47,960 nt of DNA from Deltaproteobacteria bacterium UBA5754 (lineage in GTDB: Bacteria > Desulfobacterota > Dissulfuribacteria > Dissulfuribacterales > UBA5754). Made by a program: the position numbers and the translations under genes. Shown one piece after another: positions 35,373 through 44,246 of the stretch (position 1 is its first letter; every line of letters begins with the position of its first letter). The notes beneath the pieces were generated by a model. That model saw only the letters and a program-made list of their open reading frames with translations. It was not told the DNA's origin and did not search any database. The stretch spans positions 1 through 47,960 of the forward strand of contig DIFG01000087.1 of the NCBI GenBank assembly GCA_002419025.1, written 5' to 3'.

Positions 35373-36140
35373 TCATTCCCCCTTGAGAACCCACCCGGAA
35401 CCGGTATCCGAGGCAAGCCCCTTTTTCTCGAAAGCAGAGAGGATCCCTGAAAGCTCCTCCTCACCGGCTCCGGTAACAACGACAAGATCGGATATGGCCT
35501 TCGGGCCTTCCCGCAGGCAGTCCCTGACCTCAAGTAAAAGCCTCTCCTGGCGAAACGTGGGAAAGACCTTGCTCGACACCCCGTCCTCGATCGCATCTCC
35601 GGTATAATGTCCTTCCTGATGCATCTTCTTGGCAAAGGTCCCGTAGGCCGTCCGCACCTTGGGGACCCCAGCGGCCTTGACCGCCGCCTCGAGCCTCGTG
35701 GCAAGCACGTCCCATCCCGGCTCCCCCGCCCCCTCCCCCAACGGTCCAAGGGCGGTTATCCTCCTCACGTAGTCCGTGATGAGTTCCACAAAACGCGGAC
35801 CTTCTGCGGCCGAGGCCCACTCGAGGGCAAGTCTTTCCGGGTTGACGCCGCAGTCCTTGAGGACCTGCCTGCATGTCTCAGCCATTATGAGTGCTTCGTA
35901 ATTACCAGACTGGTAATGGCATTCGCCCAGGTGTCACCCGCCGGTAAAGACCCCATCCGAGCCGCACCTGAAGGCCTCGAGGACAAAACGCACGTCGATC
36001 CGTCCGGTACAAAGGACGCGGACTACACGGACATTGGGGGGATACTGATACCGGGCGACCCCTGCGGCATCCGCCGCGGCGTAACAGCACCAGTGGCAGA
36101 AAAAACCGAGGATTCGGGGCTTGAACTGTGTCTTGCTCAT
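35373..36140 (-). CDS. mvhD: Selenocysteine-containing MvhD-like protein with a ~110-aa C-terminal extension
   Basis: Track ORFs 35934-36356 (real start ATG 36140, [20 protein letters not shown]) and 35373-35885 are in frame across a TGA at 35934-35936. Read-through gives GSDGVFTGG-U-HLGECHYQSGNYEALIMAETCRQVL...NPERLALEWASAAEG, so U occupies the Cys of the GC..G.CHY..GN motif. ATGA overlap with the hdrA stop. Confidence 0.85.
35901..35917 (-). promoter_or_regulatory. SECIS-like hairpin downstream of the mvhD UGA
   Basis: mRNA AUUACC-AGUCU-GGUAAU (6-bp stem, 5-nt loop) starts 16 nt after the UGA. It appears on the plus strand as the near-palindrome ATTACCAGACTGGTAAT. Confidence 0.5.
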
Positions 36141-39100
36141 GAGGCGCACCTTTCGGAGAAGGCGTGGATTTGGGCCATGATGGCCTCGTCGGTGAATCCG
36201 CCCATGCTGATGGCAAGGGTCGGACAGTGGGCCGCACAGATGCCGCAGGCCTTGCACGAGGCGGTGACGGTCTCGGCCTTGCGCCTCTTGTCCACCTTGA
36301 CAAGACGGATAGCATGGAACGGACAGAGGCTCTCGCAGATGCCGCAGCCGATGCATTTCTCCTGATCCACCCGGGAGACGAGAGGAGTGACGGGGACCTC
36401 GCCCTTCGCAAGGGGAATCGCCGCCTTGGCCGCCGCGGCCTTGGCCTGGGCGATGGACTCATCCAGGGACTTGGGCCCATGGGCAAGTCCACAGAGATAA
36501 AACCCATCCACCGAGACCTCTACGGGCCGGAGCTTGGCATGTGCCTCGAGAAAGAACCCCTCAGGGGTGAGAGGGGCCTTGACGACCCTGGAAAGGGCCT
36601 CGTTTTCCCCGGGGGCGATGCCGGTGGAAAGGACCACGAGACCCGCCGGGATCTCGATATACTCCCCGAGGAGACGGTCAAATGCCCGCACCTTGAGGCC
36701 GTTTCCGGCCTTCAGAACCTGGGGCCGATCCTCAGGCTCATAGCGGAGAAAGACGACCCCCTTCCTTCTGGCCTCGCTGTAAAGGTCCTCATGGAAACCG
36801 AATGTCCGGATGTCCCGGTAGAGGACGTAAACAGCGGTCTCCGGTTTCATTTCCTTTATTTTGAGTGCGTTCTTGACCGCCTGGGTGCAACAGACCCGGC
36901 TGCAATGGTTCATGCCGTCACCACGGCTTCCCACGCACTGGATCATCACCACGGAATTCACACCCCTGAGCCCGCCCTTGCCTTTGGAAAGGCGCCCTTC
37001 GAGCTCGAGCTGGGTGAGGACCTTGGGGCTCTCGCCATACATGTCGCCCGTCGGGACGTACTGCATTCCTCCGGTCGCAATGACACAGACCCCATGCCGG
37101 ACCTCCTCGTTTGAATCCCCTGTCCGAATGGTCGAGACGAAGTTCCCCACAAAACCCGTGACGTTCTCGAGAACCGCGTTGGTCATGACACGGATCCGCG
37201 GATGTCCCTGCACCCTTGTAACGAGGTTGGCAAGGATGGCCGAGGCGTCCTGGCCGTCCAGAGTCCATTTCAACATGCGGAGATTTCCCCCGAGTTCTCC
37301 TTCCTTTTCCACGAGGATGCAATCGAAACCCTGGTCCGCGATGGCAAGGGCGGCACTCATGCCAGCAGCACCTCCGCCGAGGACGACGGCCCTGGGTATC
37401 ACGGAAACCATCTGGAGAGAAAGAGGCTCGAGATGCCTGGCCTTGGCCACGGCCATGCGAACCAGATCCATGGCCTTTTGGGTGGCCTCGGCAGGCTCCT
37501 GGGCGTGGACCCAGGAACACTGGTCCCGGATATTGGCCATCTCGACAAGGGCAGGATTGACCCCTACGGATCTCAATGTCTCCTGGAAGAGGGGCTCGTG
37601 GGTCCTGGGGGAACAGGCAGCAATGACAACCCTGTTAAGTCTGTTTTCCTTGATCTTTCGCGCGATGTTCTTGAGGGCGTCCTGGGAGCAGGAATACATG
37701 GGATCCTCGTACAGGACCACATCGCCCAAGTCTGCCGCATAATCCCGGACTGCCTTAACGTCCACCACACCCGCGATGTTGACGCCGCAGTGGCACACAA
37801 AGACCCCGATCCTGGGGGGACCTTTCGCAATCTCCAGATCCTCCTCAGGATACATGACGGAGACGGTGCGGGTTCCCCTGGCGGAAGCAAGCTCCTCGGA
37901 TGCGAGGGATGCCACGCCCGAGGCCTGCGTCACGCTCTCAGGCACGTCTTTCGGACCCTGGAAGGCACCGGCTACAAAAACACCCGGTCGCGTGGTGGAA
38001 AGTGGGCTCCCCGCTGATGTTAGGCAGAAATCGTATTTGTTGAGCTCCACCCCACAGAGGTCTGCGATCTGGCGTGCGTCTTCCGGGGCGTCGAGACCGA
38101 CGGAAAGGACGACCATGTCGAAAAGCTCGGAGCGGGAGGTCCCGTCCTCATCCGTCCAGGTGAGTGCAAGGCGGCCGTCGATCTCCTCGACCCGGGGGAC
38201 ACGGGCCCGAATGACCCGAATGCCGTATTTCTTCTCGGCCCGCTCCCTTGACTCGTCGAAACCCTTGCCCTGGGTCCGGACATCCATGAAAAAGATAGAG
38301 ATGTCGAGATCCGGCTCGTGTTCCTTGGCAACGGAGGCCTCCTTTACGGCGTACATGCAACAGACCGAGGAACAATAGCCGTTACCGCATGTCTCGTCCC
38401 GGGAGCCGATGCACTGGAGAAAGGCGATCTTTTTGGGCGTCTTGTGGTCGGAGAGACGTACGATGTGCCCTTCGGTCGGGCCGGAGGCGCAGGTGAGGCG
38501 CTCAAACTCGAGACTCGTCACCACGTCTGGATGTTTTCCGTAGCCGAAACGGGCGAGGACCGCGGGGTCGATCTTTCCGAAACCCGGCGCAAGGACCACT
38601 GCTCCGACATCGAGGACATGCTCCCTGGGCTTCTGTGAAAAATCAATGGCCTTTGCCGTACAGGTCTGGGCGCAGAGGTTACAGCTCTCGTAGTTGACCC
38701 GGAGACAGGCCTTTGCGTCGATATAATACACGGCGGGAATGGCCTGCGGATAGTCGATGTGAGGGGCCCGGGTGATGTCGAGCCGCTCGTTGTAGAGATC
38801 CACCACAGGACGCGGACAGTACATAGTACAGGTCCCGCATGCCGTACACTTGTCCTCGTCGATGAAGCGGGGTTCTTGATGGACCCGGGCTGTGAAACCT
38901 CCCGCCTCCCCCTCGAGGGCCATGAGACGGGCGTTCGCAAGGATCTCTATGTTGGGAGACCGACCGGCCTCCACCAGCTTGGGCGCGAGGATTCAGAGCG
39001 AACAGTCGTTGGTGGGAAAGGTCTTGTCGAGCTGGGCCATCACCCCGCCGATGGAGGCCTTTTTCTCCACGAGGTAGACGTAATAGCCGAGATCGGCAAG

Positions 39101-39175
39101 ATCAAGGGCAGACTGGACACCAGCGACCCCTCCACCCAGAACAAGTACGGCTCCTTGTTTTCCCTTATCCGTCAT
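36137..39175 (-). CDS. hdrA: Selenocysteine-containing HdrA-like flavoprotein with tandem (duplicated) HdrA core, 1012 aa
   Basis: Track ORFs 38993-39175 and 36137-38974 are in frame across a TGA at 38993-38995. Read-through gives ...[31 protein letters not shown], so U sits where HdrA has the second Cys of DCSxC. Two FAD folds ([16 protein letters not shown] and [16 protein letters not shown]). Two CxGSRD...C..VCC blocks. C-terminal 2x[4Fe-4S]. Confidence 0.88.
38955..38972 (-). promoter_or_regulatory. SECIS-like hairpin downstream of the hdrA UGA
   Basis: mRNA GGAGGCC-GGUC-GGUCUCC gives a 7-bp stem (one G-U pair) and a GGUC tetraloop, starting 20 nt after the UGA. Confidence 0.55.
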
Positions 39176-39192
39176 TTCGATTCCTCTCTACA

Positions 39193-39229
39193 AAATCCCC
39201 CCTTTGCCCAAGGGGATAAGGGGGGATTT
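39193..39229 (-). terminator. Strong intercistronic hairpin between acsA(cooS) and hdrA (possible leaky terminator or RNA-stability element)
   Basis: Perfect 12-bp stem AAATCCCCCCTT / AAGGGGGGATTT with a 13-nt loop. On the mRNA the 3' arm runs into UUUUG, followed by the hdrA RBS GAGGAA. Confidence 0.4.
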
Positions 39230-39236
39230 CATGCTC

Positions 39237-41252
39237 TTATACGCCTGCCGGGGCCCCGGGACCGTGACATCCTACGTCATGAAGGGGAGAGCCGGGGCTT
39301 CCAAGCTCCCGCCTCATGGCCATGTCGAAGAGTATGCGCTCCTTTTTCTTGTCAAGACCAAGGGCGGCCCTCTTGAGGTTGATCTTGTCGATCATGATGT
39401 TGGCAAATTCGTTGGCCGTAGAAGCGACATTCCAGACCGCTCCGTATTTTTCCATCATGCCCTCGAAACAGAAATCCGTGACGACACGGGATCCGGAGGT
39501 AGGGAAATTGGGCCCGAAGACCACCTGTGCACCGCTCGTTACAAAGTACTGTCCGATGGAAACGGCCTTTTCACTCATCCACTGCGGTGCGCAACCGATG
39601 GCGGGAAGATCGGAGATGTCACTTCCAAGCCCTCCGGTGTTCACCATTTCGGTAAGGGCAATCAAGATGCGGCTGTTGTCCACGCAGGAACCCATGTGGA
39701 GGACCGGCGGGCATCCCACGGTCTCGAGCACCTCACGAAGGCCGCCTCCTGCCATGGAAAGGGCCTCTGGCGCAAGGAGCCCGGCGCGACCCATGCCGGT
39801 TGCCGCGCATCCCGTGACCACCACGAGGATGTCGTTGGCTATGAGCTCGCGGGCGAGATCGATGTGGATCTCGTCCATGACCCTGTAATTATCGCACCCG
39901 ACGATGGCGGCGACCCCGCGGATGCGTCCGTTTACTATGTTGTCGTTTAGTGGCTTGTAAGAACCCCTGAACCTGCCGCCAAGGATGTAGTTGATGGTCT
40001 CGTGGCTGAATCCGGCGACCACATCCATCTGGTGCACGGGGATGAAATACTTGCCACGCTCCGGGAACCTGTTGATGGCCCGCATTATGATTTCTTTGGC
40101 CGTATCAATGGCCCGGTGCTCGTCGAACTGGATATGCGTGGCCCCTGGTATCCACGCCCGGTCCGAAGTGGTGATGAGTTCCGTATGAAATTTGCTCGAG
40201 ACAGGCGAGAGACCCTGCATGATGCACTGAACATCCACCACCATGGCCTCCACGGCACCGGTGGCAAGGACCACCTCCTGCTGGATGAAACTCCCGGCGA
40301 TGGGAAGCCCGCGCCTCATGAGGATCTCGTTCCCTGTGCAGCAGACCCCGGCGAGATTCACCCCCTTTGCACCCACCTTTTTCACGGCTGCGGCGATCTC
40401 CGGAGAGTTTGACACCATGGCGAGCGCCTCGGCAAGTACCGGTTCATGCCCGTGGACCGTGACGTTCACCTCGTCCTCCTTGAGGACGCCAATATTCACC
40501 TTGGCCCGGATGGGCATGGGGGTTCCGAACATGATATCGGAGAGCTCGGTCGCGATCATGGAGGCGCCCCAGCCGTCGGCAAGAGCGCACCGGGCGGCCT
40601 GAAAGAGGATGTTTTCGTAGTGTTGATCCACACCCATGTGGGTACGGTGCATCATCTCAGTGACCTCGCGGTCGATCCCGCGGGGGAGCACACCGGCCTT
40701 GGCCCAGACCTCCTGACGGGCCTTGGGTGCGCGCCTCATGAAGGAAAGCGTCCCTTGCTGCTGACCGAACTCGGAGAGGAGCCTTTCACCCACCTCGATG
40801 GCCAGATCCGTGGTGGATTTTTCCGCAGGATCGACCCCGATGCGAAGGGCCGTCTCCCGCAGCTTGATGGAATCCTTTATCTCGTAAGGGGTCTCACCCT
40901 TTGCAGTCGCCAGGAATGCGAGGGTCACTCCGCGTCCGTGATCGATGTGGGTGGCAGCGCCTCCCGTGACGATCCGGGCAAAGTTCCGGGCCGCCACTGT
41001 GGAGGCGTCCGCACCGCAGATACCGACCATCTCGGCAACGCCATCAATGATCTGACACGGCCCCATGTTGCAATTGCGGCAGCAGGTCCCGCCCTTGCCA
41101 AAGAGACAGGGCTCGATAGTGCGCATCTCCACCCGGTGGGCGGCCGTAATCACTCCAGAGGCGCAGGACTGGCAGAGGACGTCACGGTTTGCCTCGCACT
41201 GGATGCTGGGACACCCGCCGTTACCTTTCTCGAATCGTTTGCTCGTATCCAT
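39237..41252 (-). CDS. acsA: Carbon monoxide dehydrogenase catalytic subunit (Ni-Fe CODH)
   Basis: 671 aa. N-terminal Cys motifs CQSCASG and CLFGKGGTCCRNCNMGPC. Further motifs HGHEP and GVCCTGNE. Confidence 0.9.
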   Translation of the reverse strand: MDTSKRFEKGNGGCPSIQCEANRDVLCQSCASGVITAAHRVEMRTIEPCLFGKGGTCCRNCNMGPCQIIDGVAEMVGICGADASTVAARNFARIVTGGAATHIDHGRGVTLAFLATAKGETPYEIKDSIKLRETALRIGVDPAEKSTTDLAIEVGERLLSEFGQQQGTLSFMRRAPKARQEVWAKAGVLPRGIDREVTEMMHRTHMGVDQHYENILFQAARCALADGWGASMIATELSDIMFGTPMPIRAKVNIGVLKEDEVNVTVHGHEPVLAEALAMVSNSPEIAAAVKKVGAKGVNLAGVCCTGNEILMRRGLPIAGSFIQQEVVLATGAVEAMVVDVQCIMQGLSPVSSKFHTELITTSDRAWIPGATHIQFDEHRAIDTAKEIIMRAINRFPERGKYFIPVHQMDVVAGFSHETINYILGGRFRGSYKPLNDNIVNGRIRGVAAIVGCDNYRVMDEIHIDLARELIANDILVVVTGCAATGMGRAGLLAPEALSMAGGGLREVLETVGCPPVLHMGSCVDNSRILIALTEMVNTGGLGSDISDLPAIGCAPQWMSEKAVSIGQYFVTSGAQVVFGPNFPTSGSRVVTDFCFEGMMEKYGAVWNVASTANEFANIMIDKINLKRAALGLDKKKERILFDMAMRRELGSPGSPLHDVGCHGPGAPAGV

Positions 41253-41279
41253 AAGTCTCTTCTCCTTTGGGTCGGGATC

Positions 41280-41304
41280 TTCCCCGTGGATTCCTTACGG
41301 GGAA
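41280..41304 (-). promoter_or_regulatory. Intercistronic hairpin between folD and acsA
   Basis: TTCCCCGT-ggattcctt-ACGGGGAA: 8-bp stem and 9-nt loop, located 28 nt upstream of the acsA ATG. Confidence 0.35.
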
Positions 41305-41332
41305 TCTTTCCCCCATTTCCGCCCCCAGTGTG

Positions 41333-42223
41333 TCAGCCAGGAATCCCCGCGCTGATCTTGGCCGCAAGGACCGTATTTTTCATGAGCATGGTGATGGTCA
41401 TGGGGCCGACCCCCCCTGGAACCGGCGTGATGGCCAAGGCCTTCTCCTTGACCCCCTCAAAATCCACGTCGCCGCAAAGGATCGCCTTGCCCTCAGGGGT
41501 CTGGCCGATCCTGTTCACCCCGACGTCGATCACGACCGCCCCTTCCTTCACCATGTCGGCCGTCACTACCTTGGGGCGTCCGGCCGCCACGACCAGTATG
41601 TCCGCGCGCCGCGTGTGAAAGGCCAGATCCCGGGTCCGGGTGTGACAGATGGTCACGGTCGCATCACCGGCAGGACGCTTCTGAAGCATGAGGTTTGCAA
41701 TGGGCTTCCCAACGATGTTGCTCCTGCCTACCACGACCACCTCGGCACCCTCAGTCTTGACACCGGACCGTACGAGCATCTCAAGGATGCCGTGGGGCGT
41801 GCACGGGAGGAAACACCTCTCCCCGATGACCATCTTTCCCACGTTGACCGGATGGAAACCATCCACGTCCTTGTCCGGGTCGATGGCGTAAAGGACGTTG
41901 GTCTCGTTCACATGCCTTGGAAGCGGGAGCTGGACCAGGATCCCGTGGATGGCGGGGTCCTCGTTGTAGCGCTTGATAAGGGCAAGCAAGTCGTCTTCCG
42001 AGATGTCGGCGGGCTGGTTGTCCTGGACGGAGTGAAAACCGAGCTCGTGAGCCGTCCTCTGTTTGGCCGTAACATAAGAAACCGACGCAGGGTTCTCCCC
42101 CACGAGGATGGTCACAAGGCCAGGTGTCACGTTGAGACGGGACTTCATCTCGGCGACCTCTGCCTTGAGTTCCTCCCGAATCTGCTTCGCTATTTCCGTT
42201 CCACTGATGATTTTCGCCGCCAT
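41333..42223 (-). CDS. folD: Bifunctional methylene-THF dehydrogenase / methenyl-THF cyclohydrolase
   Basis: 296 aa. Motifs GILVQLPLP, DKDVDGFHP, VVVGRSNIVGKP and PVPGGVGPMT. Confidence 0.92.
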   Translation of the reverse strand: MAAKIISGTEIAKQIREELKAEVAEMKSRLNVTPGLVTILVGENPASVSYVTAKQRTAHELGFHSVQDNQPADISEDDLLALIKRYNEDPAIHGILVQLPLPRHVNETNVLYAIDPDKDVDGFHPVNVGKMVIGERCFLPCTPHGILEMLVRSGVKTEGAEVVVVGRSNIVGKPIANLMLQKRPAGDATVTICHTRTRDLAFHTRRADILVVAAGRPKVVTADMVKEGAVVIDVGVNRIGQTPEGKAILCGDVDFEGVKEKALAITPVPGGVGPMTITMLMKNTVLAAKISAGIPG

Positions 42224-42282
42224 TTATCCTCTCCTATCCCACAAAACCTTCGAAGACTTGCTGTTATGGGCTTTTAAGATAT

Positions 42283-42298
42283 TGCCAAATGCGTGCCA
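42283..42298 (-). promoter_or_regulatory. Candidate sigma-54 promoter upstream of folD
   Basis: The minus strand reads TGGCACG-CATT-TGGCA, against the consensus TGGCACG-N4-TTGCW (15/16, correct GG-N10-GC spacing). It lies ~60 nt upstream of the folD ATG. Confidence 0.5.
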
Positions 42299-42401
42299 AA
42301 ATGAAAAGGTTCCCACCGGAGATAATCAGCGCTCCACTCATGGGGGCTAAACGAGAACAAGACGGTGGTGACACCCTGGCGGGTCTTTTGTCCCCACAAC
42401 C

Positions 42402-42444
42402 GGGGCGTTTTGCCCCATAGGCAGAGGGGGCGTTTTGCCCCCTC
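42402..42444. repeat. Two tandem GC hairpins sharing GGGGCGTTTTGCCCC, just 3' of fhs
   Basis: GGGGCGTTTTGCCCC at 42402-42416 and GAGGGGGCGTTTTGCCCCCTC at 42424-42444. On the mRNA they follow the fhs stop (TAG, 42456-42458) by 11 nt. There is no U-tract. Confidence 0.5.
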
Positions 42445-42455
42445 CGGACAATTTG

Positions 42456-44219
42456 CTAAAAAAGCCCTTTGACCTTGCCCGTCTCCACGTCCACATCGAT
42501 CCTCCGGTAGGCGGGATCCGAGCCGGTTCCGGGCATGAGGCTGATGGCCCCTGCCACCGGGACGACGAACCCTGCCCCCTTGTACGTTAGGATGTCACGC
42601 ACATGGAGGGTCCATCCCCTCGGCACCCCCTTGAGGTTGGGGTTGTCCGAAAGGCTGAGGTGGGTCTTCACCATGCAGGTGCCGAGCTTGGCGAGTTCCG
42701 GATCCTTTTCCATCTGCTCGGCCTTGGCCGCGGCCTCAGGGCTATAGGTGACGCCGTCTCCTCCATAGACCTCCCTGGTGATGCGCTCAATGCGCTCCCT
42801 TAGGGGGACATCCAAGTCATAGAGGAAACGGAACTCGTTCGGCTCCTCGCAGGCCTCGACCACTGCATCCGCGAATTCCAGAGCCCCCTCGCCTCCCTTG
42901 AGCCAGTGCTCGGAAAGGGCTACCCTCGCGCCTGCCTGCTCGCACAGACGCCTGACTGCTGCGATCTCGTCCTTTGTGTCCGTATAGAAGGCGTTGATGC
43001 AGACCACCGGGTTGATACCCGCCTTCTTCACAGTCTCGATGTGGTGGATGAGGTTTGCCGTCCCCTTTTCCACCCAGCCCACGTTCTCCGAAAGGTATTC
43101 CTCGGGCATGGGCCGGCCCGGCCTCGGAATGGGGGCCCCTCCGTGGCATTTGAGCGCACGGATCGTGGCCACGACCACAGCGCAGTTGGGCTTGAGGCCG
43201 CTGAAGCGGCACTTCAGGTTCCAGAATTTCTCGAATCCGATATCGGCACCGAACCCGCTTTCAGTGACGACGTAGTCAGCGAGTTTGAGCCCTACCCGGT
43301 CCGCGATGACCGAGGACTGGCCGATGGCGATGTTGGCAAAGGGGCCGGCGTGGATGAGGCAGGGCTGGCCCTCGATGGTCTGCATGAGATTCGGGTTCAC
43401 AGCCTCCACCATCCAGGCGGCCATGGCCCCAGCGACCTCCAGGTCCTCGGTGGTGATCGGGGTCCCGCTCCGGTCATAGGCAACGACTATCTTTCCGATT
43501 CGATCCCTCAGGTCCTTGAGGTCATTGGCAATGGCGAGGATGGCCATGATCTCCGAACTCACAGCGATGTTGAAACCGCTCTGCATGGTAAATCCGTCCA
43601 TCCTGCCGCCTATCCCAAGGGTGATATTTCTCAGGGCCTGGGCGCAAAAGTCGATGATCCATCGGAATTCCACGGACTTGGGATGGATGTTCAGGCGCTT
43701 GAGACCCCGCCTGGCAAGCTCATCGTCCGTGTAGTTGGACTCGTGCTGCATGCGTGCGGTCAAGGCCACCATCCCTAAGTTGTGGGCGTTCATGATGGCA
43801 TTGATATCGCCGGTGAGACCGAGCGAGAATTTGGAAAGCGGGATCACCTGGGCGAGCCCGCCGCCTGCGGCGCTCCCCTTGATGTTGAAGGTCGGGCCTC
43901 CCGACGGCTGACGAAGGGCGCCGATGACGTTCTTACCTCGAAGACCGAGCCCTTCCATGAGCCCAACGGAACTCGTGCTCTTTCCTTCTCCGAGGGGGGT
44001 GGGGGTGATGGCCGTGACGTCGATGTATTTACCGTCGGGGCGGCCTTTCAGCCGATCGAGAACCTTCGCGTAGTCGATCTTCGCCACATGATGTCCATAC
44101 GGGAGGAGTTCCTCCTTGTCGAGTCCCATTTCTTCCCCGAGCTGGTAAACGGTCTTCATGTTCTCCTCGGCAGCCTCGGCGATCTGCCAGTCCTTCATCT
44201 TCGTCGGATCGAGTTGCAT
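42456..44219 (-). CDS. fhs: Formate-tetrahydrofolate ligase
   Basis: 587 aa. Motifs [26 protein letters not shown] and [30 protein letters not shown]. Confidence 0.92.
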   Translation of the reverse strand: MQLDPTKMKDWQIAEAAEENMKTVYQLGEEMGLDKEELLPYGHHVAKIDYAKVLDRLKGRPDGKYIDVTAITPTPLGEGKSTSSVGLMEGLGLRGKNVIGALRQPSGGPTFNIKGSAAGGGLAQVIPLSKFSLGLTGDINAIMNAHNLGMVALTARMQHESNYTDDELARRGLKRLNIHPKSVEFRWIIDFCAQALRNITLGIGGRMDGFTMQSGFNIAVSSEIMAILAIANDLKDLRDRIGKIVVAYDRSGTPITTEDLEVAGAMAAWMVEAVNPNLMQTIEGQPCLIHAGPFANIAIGQSSVIADRVGLKLADYVVTESGFGADIGFEKFWNLKCRFSGLKPNCAVVVATIRALKCHGGAPIPRPGRPMPEEYLSENVGWVEKGTANLIHHIETVKKAGINPVVCINAFYTDTKDEIAAVRRLCEQAGARVALSEHWLKGGEGALEFADAVVEACEEPNEFRFLYDLDVPLRERIERITREVYGGDGVTYSPEAAAKAEQMEKDPELAKLGTCMVKTHLSLSDNPNLKGVPRGWTLHVRDILTYKGAGFVVPVAGAISLMPGTGSDPAYRRIDVDVETGKVKGLF

Positions 44220-44246
44220 TCAATCACCCTCCTCATGTGCGTAATC

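Noticed and set aside
35366-35749. N-terminal extension of track ORF 34808-35749
   Set aside because: It overlaps the C-terminal half of the Sec-MvhD gene in another frame and is Arg-rich junk. The ferredoxin motifs start after the ATG at 35365.
42264-42341. 25-codon minus-strand ORF (MSGALIISGGNLFILARIWQYLKSP) in the fhs-folD spacer
   Set aside because: It has no Shine-Dalgarno sequence and overlaps the sigma-54 promoter candidate. It is too short, and without conservation evidence I cannot call it.
42402-42444. CRISPR-like array
   Set aside because: There are only two short (15-21 bp) hairpin repeats with a ~22-bp spacing, no further units and no cas genes. No other candidate array exists in the window.
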